From contig JAQGDQ010000123.1 in the NCBI GenBank assembly GCA_030141605.1, positions 434,001-498,000 on the forward strand: a stretch of 64,000 nucleotides of DNA, read 5' to 3'. Position numbers and translations under genes: made by a program. This document shows, piece after piece, positions 24,701-38,300 of the stretch. Source of the stretch: Tubiluchus corallicola (lineage: Eukaryota; Animalia; Priapulida). The notes under the pieces are model-generated. The model was given only the letters and a program-made list of their open reading frames with translations, ran no database searches and had not been told where the DNA came from. Numbering within the stretch: position 1 is the first letter of the stretch; every line of letters starts with the position of its first letter.

Positions 24701-27700
24701 CTTCCCTATGGAAATGAAAAGTTAGTGTTAATTAATTAATGTTTTTTTGCAAAAAAGTAAAGAAATTAAACAAAATGTAAAAAGGTAAAAAACAGCAAAA
24801 TATCCGTACACTACTGCACATACAAAAAATTACGACAGATTTCATAAAAAGAAAATAACTTTTATTAAGAACTTATAAAATGTAAAAAAAAAACATGTTA
24901 CAAACGTTTTTCCAGTGATAGATTACACAAACAAACAACCAGCTTTATAGGCAGACACTACAGTAGAGAAATTATTCACTAACTATGTATTTACAAGGAA
25001 GCCAAAATGTAATGAACAGAGAAACCTGTAAAGAAGAAAGAGAAGCTGTAAAAGTATAGCTAGGTGTTTGTAAACAAAGTTAAGGGAATTGAACTACTTT
25101 GTACATTTACTGTGTCTCTTTCTTTTCTAAATGTGACGTTTTTTAACATTTTATCAGCTTTTAAGTTGTTTTCTCTTTATGGTACTGTGAGTGCCCATAT
25201 AAAGACAAATTCCATTTTTATCATTGACTCTACCATCAGCATGTACAGGTAAGAAAATTCTTGTAAGGTTACCTATTCGAAGGAGACAGATCGGCCATGA
25301 TATACATTGTTTGCCCTGGCGTTGAAACAATGTGTTCTCTTTTTGCCATATCTTTGGAAGGCCGCTGATTCACGATATTCATTTTAGGCAAAACATCATC
25401 CCTGCAAATATACCGGAGCAAATGTTTTCTAATTCAATGTCCAAAAATTGCCCAATTTGACTAACCAATTTATTTTTAATTGTAAAACCATAAACTTATT
25501 TATTACAAATTCGCTGTTTTAGTTGAATGTAGTACAGCACAAGTCACTAAGGTGAAGGAGAAGATTGAAGCTACCATACAGGAATTACTTATGAACAGGT
25601 CAGAATACATGTCTTCAATGAAACATCATTACATTTGAATAAGTTAATGTTTTTCTTAGATACAGGCCAATCAGATCAACAGTCAAACAGTATTGGTCAT
25701 CAGTAATTAACAATCAATAAGAAACTAACTAAACGAATACAAAACAATTAATGAAACAATAAGCATTTCATTTCACACAGTGTACTTCAATTACGACTTA
25801 AAATCATTAATCAGTACAGTAAACATAGTAAATAATTTGTGCATAAATTGTAATAAAACTTCAGTTTGCGACAATATCTGCTATGATCAATCTAAAAAAT
25901 AAATCATGTTTGCAGTAAATTGGTGTTTGCTTGACATTGATGAACATCAACAAAAATTGGTTTGCTGTTTCAAATTCTGATAAACCATCATCACATTTTT
26001 ACGTGGGGCTTTCATAAGCTCTGCATTGCCTAAAATTCATTGCTTATTTAGCAAATAATAATGAAGAAACAGATAATTTTTTACTCTCATACTCATCAGT
26101 TTGGTGCCGAATAGGCTTCACACGTCTGTGCCGCAAGTTGCGCATTCGTTCTGCCACAAAAGTTTGTCGTTCATAAGGCGATGTCGTCATTCGCTCGCAC
26201 TGCTGAAATTAAATAACGAAGGTGTTTACTGGTAAAATAACAACAATCAAGCACTTAGTTTTGGTAACTTACCAAAAGTTTAAATGCTCACAAAAGTCTG
26301 ATTCTTCTTTACATTCCAAGTTAGCAATTGGTCCAAACACTGATTTTTGCAGGAATTTGTTGGAAAACTGATAAATAATGTGAATAGGCCTATAGCGATC
26401 CATCAATGTATGAATGCATTGGGATATTTTATATTATGATATGCGTATCGCCAAAACTTCACCTGTACTGTGATAATCTGAGTCAATGACATTTAGTAAA
26501 CTGGTACCCCTTGACAGTAAGCTGATAAAAACGATGTAAAGTAATTCAAGTTGTAGCTGTAAAGTGTACTCTAGGTACGTAACAATCAGTGCAGTGAGCG
26601 GTGGATGACTTAACACAGGCACAAAAGCGTTTGAAAACACAAGGTGTTTAATCTGCAATAGGCTAATTGCGTTGTTTACATATAAACTTGTGAAACAGCA
26701 AACGTGAACCAGAAAATACACAAGCAACTTTTAAACCAAAGGTATTGATATGCTTTGCTTTTATGGTGGCTTACAATGCAAACAATAGCCTGCAAATTAT
26801 ACAAGTAACAAAAGTTCGTTTAGCATTTATCAATCATAAAACTCTTGACTAGAACAAAATATCTTTAGCATTTATTATCAATTAGTTTCACCTAGTTTTT
26901 TTATAAAACCTGCAAACCTTAGCTCAGGTGTATCGTATCGTGAGGCTAATATTGTGATATGTATCGTTATCATGACCTAGGTGTATCATTACAGCACTAG
27001 TACTGAAGTAAGTATACTACTGCTTAGATTATTCTCAGATCACTAGTACTGGTAACCCAAAAGTCTCTGTTTCAAATCCAAAGTCAGTCTTGACTTGTAC
27101 TTCCCTGTTCTGCTTTTTTAGAGACCGTATTTTCCTTGGCATATATCAGAATCAACATCAAAAGTTGTTTACCGATTCCAAATGAGGTACAGTATCACAG
27201 TCAACGTAGCTGAAGAGTCTCGTTGTTGGCCGAGTTCTAAAAACAAAAACTGCTAAGAAACTGATTGAAGATCAAAATGAGACCAAAAAGTGGTCTTAAT
27301 AAACGGTAGTTTTATTATGTAGTGGGCTGCTGCAAGCGTGTGTATCTAGCAAACTAAAGTACGTAAGCGCTTCACCCAAATTTAATACTATACGACAATT
27401 AAACAAGAGGCAATGCTGAGCAGTTACAAAACAATCAAGTTTAACTTTCAGAGTGACTTTGACTAAGAAGAGCTTCACCTAGAAACAGAATTTCAATTTC
27501 AACTGTGTGTCTTAAAAAATAGGCAAAGTACCAAAAAAACATTTTATTTTTTCATTTTGGCATTGTTCCTGGTGCCTATTACTGAAGAATGTAGTCTAAG
27601 AAGAATGTGGTGCACTGGTTTTATTAACCGTATTTTCTTAACAACAGTTTCTATGGGGGGACCATGCCTGAATGTTTCCAAAATGCAGCTGGTTTAATTA

Positions 27701-30700
27701 AGCGGTGACTACTGTATCACAAATGGCACAGAAAGTGAGGCTAACTGTGTTATATATAGTCCAACTTCCAACATTCGTGAAATAATAATTTCCACTAACC
27801 TCATCCCCTTTATTTCATTGTGATATTTTTGTTCCAACACTGAACTACACAAGCCTTCGTTGCTGTATATCTCGAACTCTCTCTGTAAGAAAACTTGTAA
27901 TTAAGTATAAATGAATTTTGTGTAATTCATGGCCCCCTCTCTGTAAAAAGCCTAAACTAGAGTTGCTGTACAATACAACATAAAATACACTAGAATCTTG
28001 TCAACAGCATCTCACAACGTTTGCGATTCTCAAAAGCATTACTGAAGTTCGGTGATTTTGTACAATAGAAACAATACATTGGAAAACTTGAAAGACTAAA
28101 AAATTCACCTTTTTTTACTTGGTTATCAAATCAAAAAATATGTTTGCATTTATTCAAGAATGTTCAATGAACATGGATTTTTGCATATTTTACGCATAGT
28201 CTTATCAGTAATGATTGAAGATAATTTGATTAACATTAGCCAGCATCATAAGTTTGTTTAGATACACAAAGTAATGAACACATAAGCACACTAGAATAGT
28301 GTCCAACACTTGATCTAATTAGTGAAATTCCAGATGTATCCAACTGAAATGAAAATACCATGGAAATTTAATAAAATATATGCAGTTTATAGCCTGCACT
28401 TAACAGAATTTCTTCATTTAACACACAAGTGCACCAAATATATAAAAATGGTGAAAAGTGTTACCTGACTAAAAACTTTTTCTTGCCAACCAAATATGAA
28501 TTCATCTTCATCGTAGGATGATGCACTTCTAGTGTTTTTGAAATCAGTGAGTTCTACATCTTTAGCAAATGATTTGCCAGTGTCACCACCGCCTCGCCTT
28601 CCAAAAAGTGACTGTGGTAACCCAGTTGCTGAGGTAACTTTCCGAAGTTTTACTCTGTAATTATATATTTAAAGTAGCTGACAATTTTAATATAAATTGA
28701 CAGCTAATAGACAAGTACAATGCATCTTAGACCTAAGCGGTATTTTCCTCATCATTACGTGAAAAGTTTTAATTAACCTTATTATTTATGCTGGACTTCA
28801 AAAATATCCTCATGTGGGAGCTTCAGAGTACTCCCCTTGGCAGACTAATTGAACATCTGACGTGTGTTACTCCACAAATCACTGCGCAGCTCTTGTTGAT
28901 GTGATGTTTCAATGTGACACTTTAATTACTTTAATCAAGGTTTTGGTTGACCCCATCTGTTTTTACTTATCTTTAGAATAACCTTTTTTAGTTTATTATT
29001 ATCAAAATTTCTAAACTATCCATATGAATGTAAACTTTAAATACATTTTATCTCTAAATATATTTTATATACAAACTAATAAATGCTAAATGAATTAATA
29101 AAACTGAATACGATAGAATACAATCATTTTATTTCGCACAGTACTGGTATTACATAAAGATGCAACAAAAGAATACCAAACGCGAGGGCAACAAACAACC
29201 ATACATTAATGTACATGTTGCCCTATTCTAATATTATACTTTATAATATACTGTAGTTGTACAGTCTGCAGAAATTAATTTCTGTAATATAGTATAAAAA
29301 TTAAATGAAGTAGTGCAGAAATCGTAAAAAAATGTTTAAAACTTAGAATTGAGAATACCTGTACAAAAACCTACTAAAACGAATAGTAGTAAGCTATAAA
29401 CGCGTATATAAACTTACCGTTTACCTAAAATCCATATGCTCACACATGTACATGCATATGTATATAAATTTACAGATTATATGTATATATGAACAAAAAA
29501 ATTATGGAATTATGAAATATGAACAAGAAAAAAAGATGACGGAATTAAGTCATTTCTGGAAACAGGACAAAAAAAGCACAGCTTGATTAGATTATAAATA
29601 GAGAATCTCATGACATGATTGAAGTGTTTTTACTTTTTTAATCATGCAATGGCATAAAACCATAAGTATGCTTATGCTATATTTTATACACACACACACG
29701 CACGCACGCATGCACGCACGCACACACACACACACACACATATACATTCATATACATATACACACATACATATAATATATACATGTGTGTTTGTGTTCTG
29801 TATATGTGTATATGCATATACATACTATACATATGCATATACACATATACAGAATACAAACACATACATACATATAAACATGTATGTACGCATACATATA
29901 TACTGATCATATATATATATACATATATATATATGATTTAAATACTAAACAAAGACGTGCATGGATTGGCGTGCTTGAGCTGCAGTTGGTGGTGCCCTTG
30001 TTTCCTGTGCATCGCCTCTTAGATGCTAGACTCTCATTTTGGCTTGCTGACTGCTCCATTTCAGATTGTTTTTTCAATATTCTGCCGAGAGTACTTTGGG
30101 AAATTTTCAACTGCGCTGCTGCACACCTCTGCACCATCTTTGGAAGTTTATCGTACTGCTCTAAAATTTTCAGTTTCTCCTTAACTGTTAGATCTTATGC
30201 TCCATTTTTCAAACTTCTTAACTCTATGCCCTTATTTACTGTATGATGTTTACTCTTGTAAGTCACAAGGAATACTGGCTGATTTGCAACTAGAGCATCA
30301 AAATGAAACCGCTAGGCAAGGGATTAAATGTTCAGCTTCCAGAAATTCTTTGGGTTAACGAGGTTAATTGCAGTGGGCGAGAGGGTAACACATTCAAAGC
30401 AAAACTGCTACGCTAGCATGTTAGCGCATGATAAACGTACCTGTTTACAAACAAAACGGTACTTAACATAATTGTTTCTACATATATAATGCATAAAAGG
30501 GAAGTAAAGGTGACATAAAAGTAGAAAAGGTTCTTTGGGCACATACAAATGTCTTATTTTAAGTACATGAAGAAAAATATTGAGCCAATTAAGCGGAGTT
30601 ATTTGAGTCAACTACCGATAGTTTTTATGTACATTTGAATAGAAGCGGCCCGTTCCAGGCATTTATGAGTCAATTAAGCGATTGAGTCTATTAACCGTGA

Positions 30701-32091
30701 GTCTATTAAGCGGCGACTACTGTAGTTATATGTCGTGTTGAACAGTGTCAAAAGTTTTTGCAGGTTTAAGAATATGCTACATACAATTGATTTTTTATCT
30801 AAACAGTGAAGAATATTTTCAATAAGTTCTGCTGTTGCTAGAGCAGTGGAATACGATTTTCAAAACCCAAATTGATATTTGGTTACTATATTATTTTTAA
30901 CCAAGAATTTATTTAGATGCTTAAATATTACATTTTCAAAAATTTTAGCAATTGAAGAAAGGTTTAAAATTGGTCTGTAGTTGGATGGATTTTAGGAGAA
31001 TCGGTCTTATAAATGGTAGTTACTTTTGCAATCTTGAGACAGTCTGAAAAAATACCTTGAATTATTGATCAGATGAACTAATACCGGTGCAATAACATCA
31101 GCAGACAGCTTATAGAATTTAACTGATATTTCAGGGCCTGGTGATTTGCCTTCATTTAGTTTAGAGAGGGCTGCTTTAATCTTACATTCTGTAACAGAAT
31201 ATAGAAAAATTGATTAGTTTAAAGAGGGAGGTAAATTAAATTTAAAATTTGTATTGGAGGGTGTAATATTTTTTGCCATGTTTTGACCTACTGATTGGAA
31301 AAAAATTATTGAAACAATTAGCAATGCCAAGAGGATTAGTGACAGTATTACCATTGTAATCTAGCTGCGTGGGTAAGATATATTTTTTGTTTTAGAGCTT
31401 CAGAACAGTACTGATTGTACTCCAGGTCTTTTTAATGTTATTTTTGTTTAGCATAAATAAGTGGCCATGGTGTTTCTTCTTTGAGTTTTGTTTAATACGG
31501 TTGAGTTTATTTGAATACAGTTTGTAGTAATTCGTTTTGTATGCAGATTGTGATAATTTATGTGTTTTATAGAGCTTTGTTCTCGTGCGAATAGAAGTGA
31601 GAATGCCAGGAGTAATCCAAGGCTTACGAAAATTTATCTGTTCTTTTTAGTGAGAGTGCAAAAGGGGCATGGTCATCCAGGCTACTTGAAAACACATCAG
31701 TAAAGTACTGGAAGGCATTATTTACATCTGGAATTATTAATATCCCAGAAGTGCAGAATTTAGATCAAAGAGAAAATTTTCTAATTTAAAGTTTCTAGTG
31801 TCTCGTTTGACTATTTTAGTGACATTTCACAGTATCTGCAATGTATTTACAATAGCAAAAATGGGTAAGTGATCAGCTAATTCATATAGGACTATACCGG
31901 CAGTGAGTGGATACTGTTAGTGTATCACTATATGTGATGTATAAGAGTTTTTGAGCGATGAGTCATGCGGGTTGGTTGTGTAATGACAGGAAAGAAACAT
32001 TAATTCACCTTATTTTTAAATTTTTGATGGGATCACTCGATCTATAAATAGCTGTCCCAAATTCTGATTCCAATAGGTCAGCCATAGGCAT
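18761..32091 (-). CDS. MKS1: Meckel syndrome type 1 protein (B9-domain ciliary transition-zone protein), 14 coding exons
   Basis: Exons 32091-32009, 28654-28465, 27882-27800, 27236-27173, 26202-26093, 25401-25273, 24705-24572, 24170-24031, 22876-22771, 21850-21590, 20565-20432, 19727-19585, 19194-19157, 18825-18761, all GT-AG and phase-consistent. Motifs AIYRSSDPIKNLKIRV, GWQEKVFSQ, QTMYIMADL, GEIISAQDYEYDNLYIH, EVLSLDMWHRYRTEGYGY, ELRRFFIGGSPELED, RLSKFGFKTESTG, FSRARQRM match MKS1. Start may instead be the ATG at 32085. Confidence 0.95.
21878..22636. mobile_element. pogo/Tigger-type MITE with internal 229-bp tandem duplication
   Basis: TA-CACTAGTTGCTGCTTAATAAAAC ... GTTTTATTAAGTGGCGGCTACTG-TA; 21973-22201 is repeated at 22202-22430 and the copies look identical by eye. 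Confidence 0.85.
23136..23520. mobile_element. Partial copy of the 21878-22636 MITE family
   Basis: Starts CAGTTGCCGCTTAATAAAACCAGC and shares internal blocks (ACATTTTTCAGTAA, AATAGCAAAATGAAAAAATAAATG, AATCACTGTT) with 21878-22636. Confidence 0.75.
27520..27714. mobile_element. Inverted partial copy of the same MITE family
   Basis: Reverse complement of the family's left end, terminating TTAAGCGGTGACTACTG-TA. Confidence 0.7.
29686..29935. repeat. Compound CA/CACG/TA microsatellite
   Basis: Directly visible dinucleotide and tetranucleotide runs. Confidence 0.9.
29960..30722 (-). mobile_element. Tigger/pogo transposon 5' fragment with CENP-B/psq-type HTH relic
   Basis: TIR end GAGTCTATTAAGCGGCGACTACTG-TA at 30722. 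Minus strand reads DLTVKEKLKILEQYDKLPKMVQRCAAAQLKISQSTLGRILKK, typical of the N-terminal HTH of Tigger transposases; truncated at the microsatellite. Confidence 0.85.
30740..31850 (-). mobile_element. Decayed CR1-clade LINE ORF2 fragment (linker and start of RT)
   Basis: Frameshifted minus-strand segments SSSLDDHAP, KPWITPGILTSIR, IANCFNNFF, KSPGP, KIAKVTTIYK, SNYRPILNLSSIAKI. Located in MKS1 intron 1. Confidence 0.8.
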
Positions 32092-32459
32092 TTTTTAATG
32101 AAATAAAACACTCAAGGTTCATATCAAGGTACCAACTACTCTTGGTAACAGTTTTAAATTCCGCACAGCATATGTAATGGTCTAAATCGTGCTACGGTTT
32201 AACTTTGCTCAGATTCTTGCCATTTAACATAGGGAGGCAACTAATAAAAAGTAAAACAAGAGTTCAGCGAACGCATAAAGCTTGGACAAGTAATCAAAAA
32301 ATTCAACGAAAACAAAAATTTCGATTTTCACGCTTTGCCTTTGGCGCAAAATTTTCCAAGCGAAAACTTTTTTGCCAGGTGTTTTCGGTTTCAAAGCTAT
32401 GATCAAGAACCCGCTTTGTGCAACGCAGGTGTGCCTGGCTTACCCAGTCCAGCCTCCAG
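32092..32459. promoter_or_regulatory. Putative bidirectional promoter MKS1/LITAF-like, with candidate RFX X-box
   Basis: Under 400 bp between the MKS1 ATG and a plus-strand CAG-GTAAGT donor at 32460 (likely non-coding first exon of the LITAF gene); locally CpG-richer; ACTCTTGGTAAC at 32138-32149 fits the relaxed X-box pattern RYYNYY-RRNRAC. Confidence 0.55.
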
Positions 32460-32918
32460 GTAAGTTACGTTGTTTTTGCTGCGTATGGGATTATTCGTTA
32501 TTACGAATTTGTCCCTCAAATTTAAATTTTGTGGGATTATTGGAATTTTGATAATAAAGTTAATATTAGTACTTTTGACTTTGTAATTTAACTTGTCTAT
32601 CGGTATACTGCGCGAATTTGAACATAGTTCGATAATTTAATTAGGTTTGATTTGTTAATAATGTATAAGATTATAATGGTCTTCAAATTTGTCTTGTTGG
32701 TGGCTTAGTTTTCGTTAAAGTTATTGTCCTTTCGTTAGGCTTTCTGGTTTGCAGTGTGTATGGGGAGCTGTATAAAGGAAGTTCTGTTTTCCAAGCTATA
32801 TTATCCGGTATTATTATCATGTTTCCTTTATAGCGTTTTTTTATGAAAACTATTATTATCCTAAATAGCATTAAATATAATTACTTTGGTTTTTTATTAT
32901 TTGTGCTTGTAGGTAGCA

Positions 32919-35373
32919 ATGTCCGATAAAAAAGCATCACCATCTGGTGCAACAGGTGGTTTATCAGTTGAAGACCTACGAGGAGCAACTGGAGGGCTGC
33001 TTGTCGAAGATCTGTTCAATTTGCCTGGATTTAGTGAAGCCCCACCTCCATATGAATTTCCTATACGCCCACCACCACCTCGCAAACAGCGGACACATGT
33101 AGCAAAAAAACAGTTAGTTGATTTGCCACTTGAATCTAAAAACTCTGAGAAAAGTAGTAGTTCAGATAAAGTGAATGATGGCCAAAAACATGAAGATTCA
33201 GCTAGAGATGCATATGCACATAAAGGAGCTCGGCCTAAATACAGAACTTCTATTCCTGATGCAAATGTTCATGCATATGGTGATGCACTTCAAAAAAGCA
33301 ATGGCAGCACAGATGAAGATATCCCTGATAAGGTAGCGGTGTGGTTGGAGACCGAACCAGACAAGCTTTCTCAAAAAAGTGAAGCGTCGTCTTTTCACAA
33401 AAATGATGAAGTTGATGATTATATTATTGAAACTCATATACGTACAGTACCCCTCGCCAGAGGAGCTGACAATGCTCAGTGTGAGTGCTAAATATCCAGT
33501 CATTAGCGTAATTACAAATTTATAATTATAAATCCAAACTGTAGAATTAGTCATTTTTTATTTTGTTATCCTTGAAATAACTAATTTCTAAATGACTTCT
33601 CCATTTTTGAGTCAATTCATGCCATGTCTGACATTACTGTGGTTCCAGTGCACACTTTAATCAAATGCTGACTTCAGGCTGTCAAGTCAAGATTATTCTT
33701 ATGCTTTTTATTGTTTTGTGTGTACGAACGTGTATCACACACGGAACGTTCATAAAATGTTTAACCATAAAGCTGTATTAAACCTTATTTGGCATTAATT
33801 ATTCGAGCAGTAGTTTGGATTTGACAAATTTGCAACATTTGCTTAAAAAATATTAGGTTCTTTGCGTTGATTCATCGTTCACATAATCAAAGATTTCCCA
33901 TATGTAAAATGTCATAGAGTGATACACACGAAACGTTCTTAAAATGTTTAACCATAAAGCTGTATTAAACCTTATTTGGCATTAATTATTCGAGCAGCAG
34001 TTTTGATTTGGCAAATTTGCAACATTTGCTTAAAAAAATATTAGGTTCTTTGTGTTGATTCATCATTCACATAATCTAAGTTTTCCCATATGTAAAATGT
34101 CATAAAGTGGTTTTTAAGTCTGCATTTTCTTGCAATTTCGAGAACTATTAATCACAGATGCATTTGTAGCAGATATACGGTCCGCTTGAACTGTTTGAAC
34201 TAGAAGGTGCAGACAAAAACCAATCTATGACATTTGACACATGGGAAATCTTCGTTTACGCTAGTGATGTATCAACTAATTTCATCACATTCTTACAAAA
34301 TATTTTTTCATTCCAGCGTGAATCATGAGACAAATGTTGTAAAATTGCAGTTAGTATGACGTGCAGTGAGGGTTGATTAGCAAAGTTGGTTTTGTTGCCT
34401 AACTAATGTCCTTTGATTTGTTTCATTAAATTTGTTTCATTTGAAAAATGACATTACGATGCTGTTTGGTGATAGTGATCTCCGTATTCTAAATATTATT
34501 GCTTCTCACTTCAGATTACAGGGTTTACCAGCCCGATGTTTACCAACAGACAACCATAGTCATCAATCCTATAAGTGGACTTGGGCCACATCCAACTACA
34601 TTAGACTGTCCAAATTGTCATCATACAGTTATAACTTTATTAGAAGAGACTGCAGGAACTGCAGCGTGGCTTATGAGCTTAGCTTGCTGTCTTGTGGGGT
34701 AAGTCTAATTTTGACAGGTTCAGCTAGCACTGTGAAGTTTAAATAGTTCATATGCGCAGTTATTAGTCTAAGTCATTTAACACAAAAGTAATGTGGACTC
34801 CGCAGATCCGGGTTCCATTCCCACCTAAGTTATGCTAAGATCTTAAAAATGATAACCCTGATTCTTTGATAAGAATGCAGATTTACTGTGTCAAAGTAAT
34901 AATGCGTGGGACGAACAAGAATCCACCATAGGTGGCTTGGACTCATTCCTGCAAAATGCTCAACAAACGTATAGCAATTTTTTATTGTGTCTGCATCAAC
35001 AATAACAGGACTAGTGACTTTGGGCCCATTCAAGGAACGGGTTCAGTAAGTGCTTTCTTTGCCACTTGAAGGCAGAGATAGTTTAGTGCCTGTAAAATGT
35101 GATGATATTATGGAGGTGGATGTTTTGACGATAATCATTACCACTTTTGACCAAAACTCACAAGTTTTATTAAAATGTTGATGCGACATTTATAATTTGT
35201 TTCCTTAGTAGTTCACTCCAAAAGGACTACAAAATTTAGAAACCAACTGCTTTTCTTTCAGTTTATGGGTAGGGTGCTGTTTGCTGCCATGTTGTGCTCC
35301 TGGTTTGCAGGATGTTCATCACATCTGTCCCACGTGCCGCTTTCATGTAGGAACGTATAGACGCATGGAATAA
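32919..35373 (+). CDS. LITAF/SIMPLE-domain protein (LITAF/CDIP1 family), 285 aa
   Basis: Exons 32919-33480, 34515-34698, 35262-35373 (TAA), phase-consistent. C-terminus PTTLDCPNCHHTVITLLEETAGTAAWLMSLACCLVGLWVGCCLLPCCAPGLQDVHHICPTCRFHVGTYRR has CxxC-hydrophobic-HxCxxC; PPPY motif in the N-terminus. Acceptor TTGTAG lies just upstream of the ATG. Confidence 0.92.
33735..34106. repeat. ~186-bp tandem duplication in the LITAF-gene intron
   Basis: ACACACG(G/A)AACGTTC...CCCATATGTAAAATGTCATA occurs twice in tandem with several substitutions. Confidence 0.9.
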
Positions 35374-38300
35374 ACTGCACGCTATAGCAGCATAGAAATC
35401 TGCTGTTACAGTAAATGTGCCCTTTGTTCTTAGTTGTTTTGGAAGTTACCTATCTAGCATGCCAAAAGACAACTAGATTAGAAGACTGACATGTATTATA
35501 TCATCTTCCCTATCATTGTTACCGTCATCATGTACTATAACATTTTTTTAAATGTGTGGCATTCTGGCAGAAATTTTTGTTCCTTTTGGCAGAAATTCTG
35601 CCAGGGTGTAAAAGTTGTAGGCAACTGAGTTTCTGTGCCTTAGCAACTAGATTCTTATTGGTTGTGATACTCAAATTAGTTTTTTTTTAGAAATAACTAC
35701 GTGTGCTTTTGCAAAAATTGGTTATGCATAGTGTATTTTTAACATTTAGTTACAGTACTGATTTTATAGTTTAGTTAAAAGTGGAGTAGGTACTTAGCGT
35801 ATTTTGTATAATAATTGTATATACCAACTGTACAAACTTTGCAAATGTGCAATAGAGAATCAATATTGATTTTTAATATGGTTTGCAATGAAATGGTACA
35901 TGAATGCTGGCAGTTTTTTCCAAATTTGCAACACATTTTTGCAGCTATTAGTTTCGTACTTTTTAACTGCTATACTTACTTTTACATTCTCATTTTTAAA
36001 CAAAATTTATATTTTTTGTATAATTTAACATCAAGACAGGGAGTTGCGAAGTACAAGTGAATGTTGTCAAGGGGTAGCAAACAAACGAAATGAGATGCGG
36101 ATGGTATTGTAACCCATGACATTGGCCTAAATGTGGCTTTTAGAAAAGTATTTCTCAATATTTTCCATACTCCTGTTTTGCAGTGATATAAATTTTTGTA
36201 TGTTGGCTTTTAGTATTTCACCTCCATGTTTTTCTACCTCTCATGTCTGGCATACACGAGGCAAACTCTGTCTGCAACAGCTTGTCAGACACTGATTTTT
36301 TTGTCCATATGCACAATGCGTAAATACTGTTTTACCAAGTTTGGCACATGGGTTTTTATTAAACGTGCTTAATTTTCTGTCTGACGTGGTGGTGTAGCAA
36401 GTACTTGTGGTATCCTAGCCTTTTAACATTTTGACCATTTGTTTCGTTGATGAAGCCACAAATTGTGTGCGTTTTTTGCATCCCTGAGCCTGACTTTTCT
36501 TTTTTGACGTGATGGGATAAAGGTAAACAAATTTCGGCCAAGAATCACACTGAGTTTGATTTGCGGAACTGCACCACAGTAACTCTTTTCTATGCATTAG
36601 TTACGTGTAACACAACGGTCCTTAAACATTTAGCTCCAGCATTAAAACATGCAAAGATTGTCAAAGATACAGAACGCTACAGGTTTTCACAATAATGCAA
36701 TCGGCATTTAGAGAAGTCACTGTTTCTTTCAAAATTATCGATCTGCTAAGCCACACAACACCTTACACACGCTGTTAAGTAACAACACTAGCTTTTTTTC
36801 TAGGCTGGATGTAATAATTAGTCAGCTACAATGATCTCTGACTAGGCAGTTTTGAAAACTTTTGTTATTTGCTTTGTTAGTGTTGGATCTGTGCTTAATA
36901 AATAACAGTTATTGAACTCTAGAAGAATTTCGCGCCCTCTCACCCTTGCACGCAGCAATCGCATCCATCTTGCGATGCCTCTAGTCTGACACAAACTCAT
37001 CCTGCTCCCATGTGCAGGCTTGGCACAACAATTTGCATCAGACCATCAAAAAGTAATTGTTTTGTCCTGTGTTATGTAATAATTGTGTATTAAGGTTACG
37101 CATGACACAGGTTGTTTCGTACAAAAGTTGCCTTGTGCGGGGAAATTTTGTCTAAGACAATTTGCATTGATCAGACATTTCCCTAAAGACAGATTTTTTT
37201 GCTGTGTGCAGTTAGTATTAGATCTCACTGTTTATTAGTTAAAGCACTAAATAATCATTGCAGGTTAAGGTTTATGTTTAAATATTGTACATTTACTTGA
37301 GAGCTTATGAGCGACTACTGTGAAGTGCAATTGTTGATGACTTTTCATTCCATAACGTTAGACTATAGTGTGATGTAAGCGTATTACACATGACTGCAGT
37401 ATAACAGTAGAACTAGCAACTGAAGTTTCAAATTGTCTAACACTTATATTGGTTTGCAGATGAGCTGTGAGATTTATCGCAATATATTGGCTGAGGCCAT
37501 TTGTTTCTTCGACAAATCCTCTCCCTCTGTCAGTATTTCTGTGATACGCGTTTATCACGAAAAGTTCGAATTCATTATTTTAAATGAAGATAATTTAGAT
37601 AAAAACATTTTAAATGAAAATAAAATATAGGTACTAAATCAATCATGGGCTATTCATGCAGTTATATATGGCAACTATAGATTTATAGTAGTGATAATCA
37701 AAATATTTGTCTAGTGAAATACTGTACATACTGTTGAAAAGGTCCTGCAGCCATTGCTGTATATCTTTTTATTCTTGTAATACCACTCATTAACAGGAAT
37801 CTTTTGTAATATTTTCATGTGATGTTTTCTCCCTGCTTTTCCAGTTCTTTTGGCATTGTGCATAATAGTAAGCAGATTCAGTGTCTCGCAAACAATGGAG
37901 AAGCAGCTAACTCTAGTAACTTGAGTGTGGTGAGTGTATAATGTGCTTAGTTTGTGTATTTCTTTAGCGAACAGTCAGCTGCTCATATCACGCTTTCTAA
38001 TTATTTGTGTGTGTATATATATATATATATATATTTTTTTTTTTTCTTGATAAACTATATATATGTATATATATAGGCTATAAGCCATGTTTGGACCAAG
38101 TGGTGGTAGCTAATATACTGTATAGCAATGATTATAGTTGTATATATTTTAGTACTAAAAAGTACTGACTGTTTAATGTATATTTCGCATTTTCGTTTTA
38201 TGCACCTATACATGCATTTTATGAAATCTCATTAATGTGGATCTTATATCATTGTAATTTTTTTGGCTTTTCTCATTCCACTGTGCCATGAAATTACTTA

